A stretch of DNA of 64,000 nt from the NCBI RefSeq assembly GCF_036971445.1, contig NC_091469.1:370450001-370514000 (forward strand). Direction: 5' to 3'. The notes beneath the pieces are model-generated. The model saw only the letters and a program-made list of their open reading frames with translations. It had not been told where the DNA came from and searched no databases. Both the position numbers and the translations under genes were made by a program. How positions within the stretch are numbered: the stretch's first letter is position 1; every line of letters begins with the position of its first letter. Of this stretch, positions 39,005 through 51,125 are shown piece after piece. The stretch is from Narcine bancroftii (taxonomy: Eukaryota).

Positions 39005-39924
39005 CAGGCAAGTTTCTTCTGGCCCTGTACAACCTGGGAAGAGACTGCTGGAGCACTGTTTCAACCCCCGTACCTGCAGCTCAGTGTGTGGAGGAGTTTG
39101 GGATGCCTGTGTGTCTGGGGTGAAGTCTAACTACATCCATCAGCGATTGCTTGAGGAGGACAAGCTGCTTCTGAAGAGAGCCTTTCAGATCACTAGAACT
39201 CTCGATTCTGCCCAGTGCAATGCCAAGATGATCACTACCGGTAAGATCGGGCCCTCCACATGTGGGCCGCGAGTGCCGCATTTTGGGATCTGGCATTACA
39301 GACGGCCTCCATGCAAGGAGGCCATGACCCCACCACCGCTGTGATCGGGCACCCAAAGAGTCACTTCTGTGGCCAGCTAAAGTACCCTCAATGACTCTGC
39401 CCAACAAAGGAAGCCACCTTTCGTGATGCAGGAAGAAAGGACATTACCCAGTGGGTCTGTAAGTCTCAACCCTCCAGAGAGAGCAATGCTGCATGCACCC
39501 CCAGGGATGGGTCATCAATCCTGACGTCACTTCTGGTCTCGAACGGCTCAACTGCGTGCGTGACCTGGGATTCACTATCTTGCACGACATCTCTTCTGTC
39601 TTCCTGAATGACATCACTTCCGTCTTCCTCCTCCTGGATGATATCACTTCTGCCCTCTTCCTCCTCTTCACCCGGTACGACCTCATGGTCAACTTGGGGG
39701 CCGCCATCTTACCGATAGGGCCCCCCCCCCCCCAACAGTGACCATGATCCAGTCCTGGCCTCCGTGATGCTGAACCAAGGCAGCCCTCACCCAATCACTC
39801 ACTTTATGATGGAGATTGAGGTAAATGGAAAAAGAGCAAGCTGTCTGTTTGACAGTGGGAGGACAGAGAACTTCATCCATCCGGACGCTGCCCACAAACA
39901 CACTCACTCTCTCACCCTCCTCCT

Positions 39925-39992
<68 letters not shown>

Positions 39993-42953
39993 AGACCTAC
40001 AGACAGCACAATCTCGATGGCTGCAAAGAACCAATATGCTGAGATCCGTGGATGCTGTGTAGCATCGTTAATGGTATGGGGTGGGGGGGGTGGCAAACAT
40101 TATGATCATTTCAATTTAATTGTGATGCCACAACTCTGCGTGCCAATCCTCCTGGGTCTCAACTTCGAGTCAGTTCAGGTGTGTAATGATAGTGTTCAGA
40201 GGATCACAACCACATATAATGGTATACAACCCACAACTCATGCCTTCTCCTGGCAGCCAGCCCCCGCCTGTGGCCTCTCCACCCTCCGCATACCCCTTCT
40301 GTCATTATTTAAGAACCTGACCCCAGACTGCAAGCCCATTGTGACAAAGAGCAAGCATTATTGTGCTGAGGACAGGGCATTTATAAAGTCCGAGGTGCAG
40401 TGACTCCTGGCGGAGGGGATCATAGTTCCAGCCCACATTATGGTGGTCAGGGGTGGGAGTAAACCAGGGATGGTGATTGACTACAACCAAACAATCAACC
40501 GATTCACACAGCTGGATGCTTACCCCCTCCCCAGGACGCCGACATGGTCAATAAGATCACCCAGTACAGGGTTTCTCCACTATTGTCCTGAAGTTGGTGT
40601 ACCACCAACTCTCCTTTCACCCCCAGGACCACTGATATACCACACTTGAAGCAGATGGCAGGCTCTTCCACTTTCTCTGGGTGCCCTTTGGAATCACTAA
40701 TGATGTCTTCTTGTTCCAGAGAGGGATGGATTGGAGGATAGATGGCCACTTTCCCCTACCTAGACAATGTCACCATCAGCAGGACCACAACGTGAACCTT
40801 GCAAAATTCCTCCACACTGCTAAGTCCCTCAATTTGACTTACAATAAGAAGTGTGTGTTTAGCACAACTTGCCTGGTCCTCCTTGGATGTGTTGTGGCAT
40901 TTGGTGTCATTACCACCGACCCCCGACAGCATGCTTCCCCTCATGGAGCTCCCAATCCCACACAACCTCAAAGCGTTAAAAAGGTGCCTGGAGTTCTTTT
41001 ACTACACCCAATGGGTGCCCAATTATGCTGATAAAGCCTACCCCCAGTAAGATCCATAACCTTCCACTATCGGCAGATGCCTGGGCTTCATTCACCCAAA
41101 TCAAAGGAGACATCGCTAAAGTCACAATGAATTTCGTGGATGAATCCATCCCATTCCAAGTGGAAAGTGATGCCTCCGACTTCTGACTGGTCACCACTCT
41201 CAACCAAGTGGGTAGGCCAGTGGCAATTTTTTCCCGTACCCTCCATGGCCCTGAGACATGGCACTCCTCTGTCGAGAAGGAGGCACAGGCGATTGTTGAG
41301 GCAGTACGCCACTGGCATTATTACCTGGCCGCGAAAAGATTTACCCTGCTAACGGACCAACAAGCCATGGCCTTTATGATCAACACCAAACTGCGGGGTA
41401 AAATCAAGAACGATAAAATCCTGAAGTGGAGAATTAAGCTCTCCACCTAAAACTATGATATCCTATACCAGCCAGACAAGCTCAATGACCCCCCCCCTCC
41501 CCCTCCAGATGCCCTATCCCGGGAGATGTGCAGCAGGGCACATCTTGGCTACTTCCAGTCCCTCCACGACAATCTTTGCCACCCCGGAGTCATGAGACTG
41601 TTCCACTTCATAAAAGCTCAGAACATCCCATACTCCATCGAGGATGTCACATCTTTGACTAGACACGGTCGGGTCAGCGCAGAATGTAAACTGCAATTCT
41701 TCCAGCCCGACAAATCGCACCTCATCAAAGCCACGCGCCCCTTTGAATGACTCAGTATTGATTTCAATTGGCCCCTGCCCTCGTCCAACATGAATATCCA
41801 TTTCCTCAATGTCATCAACAAGTTCTCCAGATTCCCCTTTGCCTTCCTCTGTCCCAACATGACCTCAGGGCACTCTGCAACATATTCACCTTTTTTGGGT
41901 ACCTGAACTATAACCATAGTGATTGGGGGTCCTCTTTCATGAGTGACGATCTATGGCAGTACTTGTTGGCTAGAGGCATAGCCACTGGTAGGACCACAAG
42001 CTACAACTCCAGAGGGAACAGCCAGGTAGAGAGAGAAAATGCCACTGTTTGGAGGGCCGTCCTCCTGCCCCTTGTCAAAAGGCCTGGCAGTCTCCCATTG
42101 GCAGGAAGTCCTGCTTGAAGCACTCCATGCCATCTGATCCCTCCTATGCACTGCTACCAGCATGACCCCCCCATGAACGCATGTATTCCTTCCCCAGGAG
42201 GTCAGGCCCAGAACCACATTGTCCCACTGCCTCTCATCTCTAGGACCCGTCCTGCTGCGGAAACACGTGAAGGACCATAAGACTGACCCATTAGTCGAAG
42301 AGGTGCAGCTCAATAAGCCTACAGGCTGTACCATGACGGCCATGAGAACACAGTCCTTGTCTTGGACCTGGGATGTGTGGGGAAATCCCTACCCACTCCC
42401 CACCCCAGTCAACCCAGATTCCACCTACATCCATTTCGCCACCCCCCCCCCGGGATAATGCAGGTTAGTGACACAACCTAGGCACCCATACCATACCCTC
42501 TGAACCCCCTTCCAGCTGTTCTGACCACCACGATTGCCCCCACATACAACCAAACCCCACCTCCTACAGAGACAACCCTACCGACTTCCCCAGCCCTGAG
42601 ACACACGACCGGCAACGGAGCCAACCTGTTTACCACTGGCGGAGCAATGCAGGCCACAGAGGCAGAGGAGACCACCCAACTGGCTGAACCTCTAGGATTT
42701 TAACCCAGCTGGGTTTTGTTTTAACGAGGGGGTGAATGTGGTGATAAGTATTTACTGCTGTGTATGAGTGCTGGCCTTCCCATTGATGACTCGCTCCCTA
42801 GTAACTCCTCCCATTGTGACCTGGCCATAAAGATCAACCACCCTCCCCTTATCCATTTATTTGAGCATGTGGAGTCAGGTCAGCTACAATCTAAAGTGTA
42901 TTAAGGCCTATCGTTTCTCACTCTGTCTTTGGAGTTATTAAAAGAGCATATCA
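39005..42953 (+). mobile_element. 5'-truncated decayed Gypsy element (gag fragment, PR, RT, RH, IN) with 3' LTR
   Basis: Protease CLFDSG; RT MVIDYNQTINRFTQLDAYPLP, PFGITN; RH HSSVEKEAQAIVEAVRHW; IN HPG...C..C, HSDWGSSF, GNSQVEREN. PPT gagggggtgaa; LTR ~42737-42953. Confidence 0.88.
39931..39989. repeat. (TC)n microsatellite within the Gypsy protease region
   Basis: Pure TC run. Confidence 0.97.
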
Positions 42954-44198
42954 GACACATCTACTGGAATTCTTTGAAGAAGGGACAAGCCGGCTAGATA
43001 AGAAAGTTCCAGTGGATGTTTTGTATTTGGATTTTCAGGAGATCTTTGACAATGTGCCATACAAGACGACTTAGCAAGATAAGAGTGCACGCTCTTAACA
43101 GGAAACATACAGGCATTAGCTGCCCACACCAGTATGCAGAGAGTCAGAATACAGGGATTATATTCTGGTTGGCTGCATATTGCTAGTGGTGTTCCACAGG
43201 AGTGAGTGTTGAGAGCCACTTCTTTTTAATGTTGTATATTAATGATAGTGGAATGAATGACTTTGTGATCACATTTGCTGATGATACAAAGGCAGGTGGA
43301 GGAGCAGATAGAGTCGTGGAAACAGGGAGGCTGCAAAGGAACTTCGATTAGATGAATGGGCAGAGAAGTGGTAAATTAAATACAGTGTTGGAAAGTGTAG
43401 AATCAATTGTGCATTTAGATAGAAACAATAAACAGGCAGACTATTTTATAAATGGGGAGAAAATTGAAAATACCCAAATGCAAAGAGACCTGGGTGTCCT
43501 TGTACAGAATAGCCTGAAGGTAAACTTGCATGTTGAGAAGTGGTGAAGAAGGCAAATACAATGCTGGCATTCATTTCAAGAGGAATAGAAAATAAGAGCT
43601 GGGATGTGATGTTAAAGCTTTATAAGTCCTCACTTGGAGTATTGTGAGTAGTTTTTGCCTCTTCATGTAAGAAAGGACATGTTGACATTGAAGAGGTTTT
43701 CAGAGGAGGTTCACAAGGATGATTCTGGGAATGAAAGGTTTATCATATGAGCAGCATTTGACAGATCTTGGCCTGTACTCATTGGAATCTAGAAGAATGA
43801 GGGGGGATCTCACTGAAACATTTTGAATGTGGAAAGGCATAGATAAATTAGCTGGAGAAACGTCGTTTCCCATGGTAGAAGAGTCGAGCTCTAGGACAAG
43901 AGGGCACAACTTCAGGATTGAAGGGTGTTCACTCAGAACAGAGATGCGTAGGTATTTCTTCAGCAAGAGAGTGGTAAGTCTGTGGAATCCATTGCCACAA
44001 GTGGTTGTGGAGGCCAAGTCATTGAGTGTATTTAAGGCAGAACTTGATAGGTTCTTGATTAGCCAATGCATTAAAGGTTATGTGAATAAGGCCAGGCAGT
44101 TGGTTTGAGTGGGAAAATGGATCAGCTTATGATTAAATGGTGGGACAGACCTAATAGGCTGAATGGTATATTTCTGCTCCTATGACTTTTGGTCTTAT
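42954..44198 (+). mobile_element. CR1 LINE RT to 3' end
   Basis: LLEFFEE, SGVPQ, FADDTK, QRDLGVLV, RTRGHNFRI...FFSKRVVSLWN; 3' tail ttctgctcctatgacttttggtcttat. Confidence 0.9.
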
Positions 44199-44249
44199 GG
44201 AGTGCATACATGACATCACACAAACGCCCAAGATTATTTTCCTGTGGGC

Positions 44250-45075
44250 CAGGCAGAATTTCTAAGGTAACTTTAAACAGAATCAAGAAGAAAGAAATGT
44301 TAACAAAAGGAAGAAATGTTAACAAATTGATGTACAAATTCAGAATATATGTATTCAGTAATAAATAATGAGCAAAGTACATGTCCTTCAATGAGTCTTT
44401 GAATGGAAGGACATGACCTCAGGAACAACTCCTGTTGTTCAGGAGTCTGATGGTTGAAGGGTATGTTATGTAGGATTAGATGTTAATGTCCCTTATTGTA
44501 CTCCTGAGACTTGCTCCCAAGACTCTGTGGGGTAGCCAAGTGAGCGGTGGCAAAATTATTGAAGCTGGAGGTATGAGTCTTGTGGCACCTGTACCTCTTT
44601 CCTGATGGAGGGAGTGAGAACAGAGTATGACCTAGGTAGTCTGGATTCCTGATACGCTGCTGATTTCTGATGTTCCATGTAGATGTTCTCAATGGTGGGT
44701 AGAGTTTTGCCTGTGATGTACTAACATTTACTGGGCTTTCCACTCAGAGGTATTGATGCCTCTTCACCAGGCCACGATGCAGCCAATCAGCACACTTTCC
44801 GCTGCACATCTATAGAAGTTTGCCAAGGTCTGTGATGGCTTTACGAATCTCTGTAAAATCCTGAGGAAGTTGAGGCGCTGGCGTGCTTTCTTCACAATGG
44901 CATTAGTATGTTTGATCCAGGAAAGGTCCTCCAAGATAGGGACTCCCATGAACTTAAATTTCTTCATTCTCTTCACCTCTGGTTCCTCCAGTGATTATGA
45001 TAATAAAAGGAATCTTGAATCTCTAATTTTCCTTTCCTGAAGCCCACAATCAGCTCCTTGGTCTGTTGACATTGA
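44250..45075 (-). mobile_element. Rex1/Babar-like LINE 3' part
   Basis: FKFMGVPILEDLSWIKHTNAIVKKARQRLNFLR...NFYRCAAESVL; LFSLPPSGKRYR. Confidence 0.85.
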
Positions 45076-46290
45076 GTGGGAAAACTATTGATGATGATTC
45101 TTAGGATAGGATTAATGAGCATTTAAAGAAACATAGTCTTATTAAGAATAGTCAGAATGTCTTTGTAAGGTGTAGGTTATGCCTCATGAGCCTAAGTGAA
45201 TATTCAAAGAGGTGACAAAACAGATTAAACAGAGCAGCTTATGTATGTTAATTTTAACATGATATTTGACAGGGTTCCCATGGTTGGCTCATCCATGGGA
45301 TCCATTGAAACAATGCTGTGCTTATTCAAAATTGGTTGATTCACAGAAGTAAGAAGGAGATAGTAGATCCAAGGTATTCTAACTGGAGGTCAGTGACTAG
45401 TTCCATAGGGATCTATTTTGGCTTACTGCTCTTTGTGATTTTGATTAATGACTAGGGTAATGAAATGGAGTTGTGGGTGAGTATGTTTTCAGATGACACA
45501 AAGGTTGGAGGTGTTGTGGATAGTGCAGAGGGTTGCTGTAGGCTATAAATGAGATATAGACGGGATGCAGAGTTGGGTGGAGTTATAGCAGATAGAGTTC
45601 CAGAGAAGTGTGATGTGATACACTTTGGAAGATTGAACTCAATGGCAGAGTACAAGGTTAATGATAGGATTCTTAGCAATGTGGAGGGACTGAGGGATCA
45701 TTGGATCTGAAACCATAGATCTTTAGGAAGACATTTTGTGTGTTTGCCTTCACTAATCAGGTGATTGTGTTCAAGAGCTGTGAGGTTATGTTGCAGCTCT
45801 ATCAAACTCTGGTTAGACCACACTTAGAGAATTGGGTTCAATTCTTGTGCCTTCTTATAATAAGAAGGTTTGTAGAAGCTTTAGGGAAGATGTAGAGGAG
45901 ATATACTTAATGCTGCATGGATTAGAGAGTATTCTCCTTGGAGCGATGGAATATAAGAGGTGATTCGATAGAAGTGTTCAAGATTATGATGGGTATAGAT
46001 TAGGCAGAGCTATTTCCTAGGATGGCAATGGTCAATACCAAAGGGTATCATTTTAAGGTGAGCAGAAGAAAGTTTAGGGGAGATTACCAAGTTGGGTTTT
46101 TTTATCCAGAAGATGGTGGGTACCTAAATGCATTTGCCACGGTTAGTGTTTGAGCCTGGTACAATAGGAACACTTAAAAGACTCTTAGATAGTCACATAG
46201 ATATGAAGAAATTGGGGGGTGGGGGAGGGGGGCTTATGGACTGTGAGAGAAGGAAGGATTAGATTGAAAATGGAGTAGGTTGAGATATGA
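45076..46290 (+). mobile_element. CR1 LINE RT to 3' end, decayed
   Basis: FDRVPHG, FSDDTKVGG and the same 3' region as the copy at 2296-2938. Confidence 0.85.
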
Positions 46291-47894
46291 TAGAATCTAA
46301 TGAATCAAAAAAGGATTTATTTTTATGTCTAAAATGGACAACCTTTTCATGCTTCAGATTCCATTTTACCTCACCACCACCACCCCCCCCCCCCCCCCAC
46401 CACAGTTAACCTATTGGATTCTCAATTCAACTCTCAACTGCATCTGTACTCTTTGCAGTGCCACCCAATCTATTGTGATCAGCAAGTGTGAATAACTCTT
46501 TAACTTCATCTAAATATTTCCGTATATACAGAAGAGGTAAGGTTGTGGCATAGATCCCTAGAGGACACCATAAATCAGTTTGAGTACAAAGTTTTTATAT
46601 GTACACTTATCTAAATCAAGAGGTTACCATGAGTTCCATACACTATTCATCAGAAAGTCTGGGTGTCAGCAATTATTTCTTACTCTGCAAAATGCCACCC
46701 ACAATGCATTACCATCAAGCATCTCAATTTATTTTTAATATAAATTTTAATTAATCATTTATATTAAGCTGTGAAATTCCTCATACCTGACCTTTTCAGG
46801 TTCACTAATGTGAAATTGATTATGTTCTAAAAATACAGGACTTACCCCTCATCCTTTCTTTCCAAGCCAGTGAAAATGATAGATTCTGTCTCATGAAGAA
46901 TGCTACGCTTCACAGTATGTGATAATGAGAGTGATGCAAGATTCAGAGAATATCGAACAGAACTATTTACACTCCAGAAAAGTTAGAAAGTTGAGCCTCT
47001 ATTTGTACCATTTTTGCCACCTGGAGAATTCCTTGTGTCTGCCACATAATAGATAGGTCAATACAAAGCTCTTTTTCAGGGGTTTTAGTAGAAATTATAA
47101 ATGTCAACATTTTCCACAGAATTTGGGCATTCCAGAAATCAAATATAGTCATTTTTCAATTTACGAATATGTTCATGTTCAATAAGACAAAATTTAATGA
47201 ATCAAAATCAGTACAAGGAGAATTGAATATTTATTATGGCAAAAAAATAACATTAAAAATGAAAGGCATGTACCCCAAAAACTCAATAGTGCTGTAGCCC
47301 AAATTCATAAATTGAATGCAGGTAAAATGAGGATTTGATTTGTTCATATTTACAAAGCTTTTAAGCAAGATTTACAGATTCTAATTGCTGGAGGTAATTT
47401 TGCACTGTTGCTGTTTTGCAAAATGCTCCACATTTGGGTTCCCAGGACACGAAACTTGGCTCGACTTGGGTGCTAAAATGTTTGCAATAAATCATTTCTG
47501 TAGCTTGTAATGCTACCTCGTATTGGCACGTGAGTGCTAGGATCTACCAGTATGCTGAGGTAACAGACTATGTAAATATGAATCCCAAGATAGTCATATC
47601 AAACCTCAAAAAGCTGCCAACATATTTTAAGCTTGCACAGCTGTAGATGTGTTCAACAGAAGGGAGAACAAACTCTTGGGATTATTTTTTTTGAACATTT
47701 CATTTTTGGATTTTTTTCCAAAAATTATACATCGTAACATTTTGAATATACAATATATTAAACCTTTTCTCACAAACACAATAAACAAAAACAAAACAGT
47801 CCCTCCCTCCCTCTCTTCCCCCGCTCCCCCTTCCATTCATACAGATCCATTCACCATCAGAGCTTACATATATTTTAGGAATATGGAGTCTTTC

Positions 47895-48420
47895 TCTTTG
47901 GCTTGGCTTCGCGGACGAAGATTTATGGAGGGGGTAAAAAGTCCACGTCAGCTGCAGACTCGTTTGTGGCTGACAAGTCCGATGCGGGACAGGCAGACAC
48001 GATTGCAGCGGTTGCAGGGGAAAATTGGTTGGTTGGGGTTGGGTGTTGGGTTTTTCCTCCTTTGCCTTTTGTCAGTGAGGTAGGCTCTGCGGTCTTCTTC
48101 AAAGGAGGTTGCTGCCCGCCAAACTGTGAGGCGCCAAGATGCACGGTTTGAGGCGATATCAGCCCACTGGCGGTGGTCAATGTGGCAGGCACCAAGAGAT
48201 TTCTTTAGGCAGTCCTTGTACCTTTTCTTTGGTGCACCTCTGTCACGGTGGCCAGTGGAGAGCTCGCCATATAACACGATCTTGGGAAGGCGATGGTCCT
48301 CCATTCTGGAGACGTGACCCATCCAGCGCAGCTGGATCTTCAGCAGCGTGGACTCGATGCTGTCGACCTCTGCCATCTCGAGTACTTCGACGTTAGGGAT
48401 GTAAGCGCTCCAATGGATGT
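47895..48420 (-). mobile_element. Young 5'-truncated RTE-clade LINE, same family as 17295-17683
   Basis: Intact 142-aa C-terminal ORF QLRWMGHVSRMEDHRLPKIVLYGEL...; about 6-7 differences from the 17.3-kb copy over ~385 bp. Confidence 0.93.
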
Positions 48421-49731
48421 TTTATACCCTTTTTTGTTCCTTTTTATTACTGTATTTGGGCCCCTCTGTGGTCCAGATATGGCTGCCAGACTTTTACAAA
48501 AGTGTCATATTCTTTAAGTTGTATCTCATATTTTTTCCAGAGGTATACAACTTTTAATTTCTGCTATAAGTAGGAGGGAGTTGAACTTCCAAGTGATTCT
48601 GATACATTTTTTTCACTACCGCCAGTGCTATTTTTATAAATGAGATTTGATATTTGGTCAATCTGTCACTTATTTCCATGAAATTACCTAATAGAGATAG
48701 CTCTGGGTCGCCCATGAAGGCCACTCTTGTTATCCTGGTCAATCTTTTCTGCAATTTCTTGCCAAAATGGCCTCACATGCATGCATGATCACATAGCATG
48801 TAGAAAAGTTCCTGTCTCAGTCCCACATCTGAAACAGATCTCTGAAATTTTGGCTTTTGATCTGTGTAACTTTTGTGGGTAAGATATAATTGGTGTAAAA
48901 AAAAATATACAGAACCAGTCCATATCTTGCTTTTATAATTGATCTCATGTTGTCCTTACATCAATCTGACCAGCTTCTTTCTGAAATCACCTCACCCAAG
49001 TATGACTCCCAATCTTTCCTTTGGCCTCTGCAACCTTGGTTTTGTACTTTCACTCTGGACAGCATAGTATATTTTTGTAATAAATTTGGATGTATTCCCC
49101 AACCAGACTGTTCGTTCAGTTTCACTAATTTTGGGTGTCTTCTTCTATTTTTACAGCATTTATCATTCCTGATGACTCCTCTGTTTTAATCTGCCAAGCT
49201 AAAACTTTGGACCATCCGTTCACCCAACTCATATTGTTGTTTAGTTTTTAATGTAGCTTTTTGTCCTATATGCTTGTATTGTATTATATCTTAGTTTCTT
49301 ATTCTCAAGTAGTCTGCATTCTTCTAGTAGACCCGTTCTTATATTTTGTTTTTAATTCTTTAATATCCTTCTCCAAAATGTTTATTTTACCATATGTTCC
49401 CTCTTAAGATTATTCATATAGGATATAATTTGTCCCCTTAAATATGCTTTAAGCATGTCCTATATCAGCAATCTATTATTAGTTGATGTCAGATTTGTTG
49501 CATAAAATATGTCTCTTTCTAAATTAGTAGAAGTATGTTCTTTTAAGTAATGTAGTACTGAGTCGCCATCTATATATATTATCTTCCTTTTCCATTGTTG
49601 CTATAGTTAATATTAATGGAGAATGGTCTGATAGAAGCCTCACTAGATGTTCTGTTTCTATCACTCTACTTTTTAACTGGGAAGACATTAAAAATAAATC
49701 AAAATAAGTCATGTACCCTTGAGTAAAAAGA

Positions 49732-49734
<3 letters not shown>

Positions 49735-49784
<50 letters not shown>
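49735..49784. repeat. (CT)n microsatellite within the L1 endonuclease region
   Basis: Pure CT run. Confidence 0.97.
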
Positions 49785-49787
<3 letters not shown>

Positions 49788-50343
49788 GGATTTAATTGCC
49801 TCCATATATTGATAAGATTGAGATTTTTCATATATGGAATTGTCTTTTTTGCTGCTTTTGCCCTCATTATGGTTCTTGTCAATTTATATAGTATTGGGTC
49901 CAAGCAGAAATTAAAGTCTCCTCCAACTAATATATTTTGTCATCCCTCTGCTGTTTTTAAGAAGATGTCCTACATTATCATAATTTGGGGCATAAATATT
50001 CATAAATGACCATACTTCTCGATAAATTTGACAATATAACATTACAACTTCCAGCTTGATTAATCAAGGTATCTTCCATTAACACTGGTGTATATTAATA
50101 ATTAGAATAACCACCCCTCTTGCCTTTGAACCAAAGAAAGTCAATATTATTTGTCCCACTCATCCTCTTTTTAATTTATCATGTTTCAATTTGGTAAGAT
50201 GTATTTCCTGCAAAAACGATTATATCCACTTTTAATTTCTTAAAGTATGCCAAGACCCACTTCCTCTTCACCCTGTTTATCCTGTTAATATTAAGACTAA
50301 TAATCTTTAGTGTTTTATCTTCACAATTTTCGAAATACTGTTG

Positions 50344-50628
50344 TGTGGCGGTACGCCATTAGGCGGGGCAGCTGGCCAAAATAGCGCCGTCGGGGGTTTC
50401 CTCCTGACCTTGGCACCGGGCTCAGAAGCCTGCGCTTGCCAACCCATGTGATGCCCCGGTGACGTCAGGGCCCCCCAGCGACGTCAGGGCCCCCCAGCGC
50501 GGTTCCCAGCCAGGTTCGGGCTGGGAGTATAAGACCAGCCAGGGAGCCTGCAATAAATCAGTTTTGCTCACTGAACTCAACCCGTCTGGTTGTGTGATCC
50601 TTCAGTTAGCAGTGTAGCCGCCGCTACA
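50344..50628 (+). mobile_element. CpG-rich solo LTR, 285 bp
   Basis: Termini tgtggcgg...ccgctaca; flanks gttg/attg (near-TSD); TATAA at ~50528, AATAAA at 50552-50557; internal 19-bp tandem repeat gacgtcagggccccccagc x2. Confidence 0.85.
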
Positions 50629-51125
50629 ATTGTAACATTTCTTTATTAAAAGACATTTCCAATCACATACATTTCCTCTTTAAGAAACACAAAACATCTC
50701 TAGCTCTGACGGTGTCACTGACAATTGTACCTGGAAACCCATGAGAAAAGCCCTCGGATTCTTTCAAAAAGAATCTCTCCTGGCACTATCTTCTACCTCC
50801 CCAAGTCAGGGTTCCCACCTGACTGCTTTGCTTAGCACCTTTGTGTATTTTCAGAGCTCTCCATATAAACCAAGGGTTTTTTTTTGTTTAACAGTGAAAA
50901 CAAGATGACTCAATACTATTAGTATAAATTTAAAAAATGTCTTTCAGTTAGTCCCATTTTGTAAAGGTCTTTTCAGTCCTTTCAGCTGGCAACTTTAAAT
51001 TCTCATAAATTTCTTAAAAATTCTTCCACTTCTTTATTCTTGAAAATTCATCTATTATCTTCTGAGACACCCACTCTCAGCATTGCTGGATAAATCATTG
51101 AATATTTAAAGTTTTTAGATGGCAG

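Noticed and set aside
39580-39670. Three short imperfect repeats (gacatcacttc...) resembling an array
   Set aside because: Low-complexity tandem repeat in a Gypsy gag-protease linker; no unique spacers, and the context is eukaryotic, so not CRISPR.
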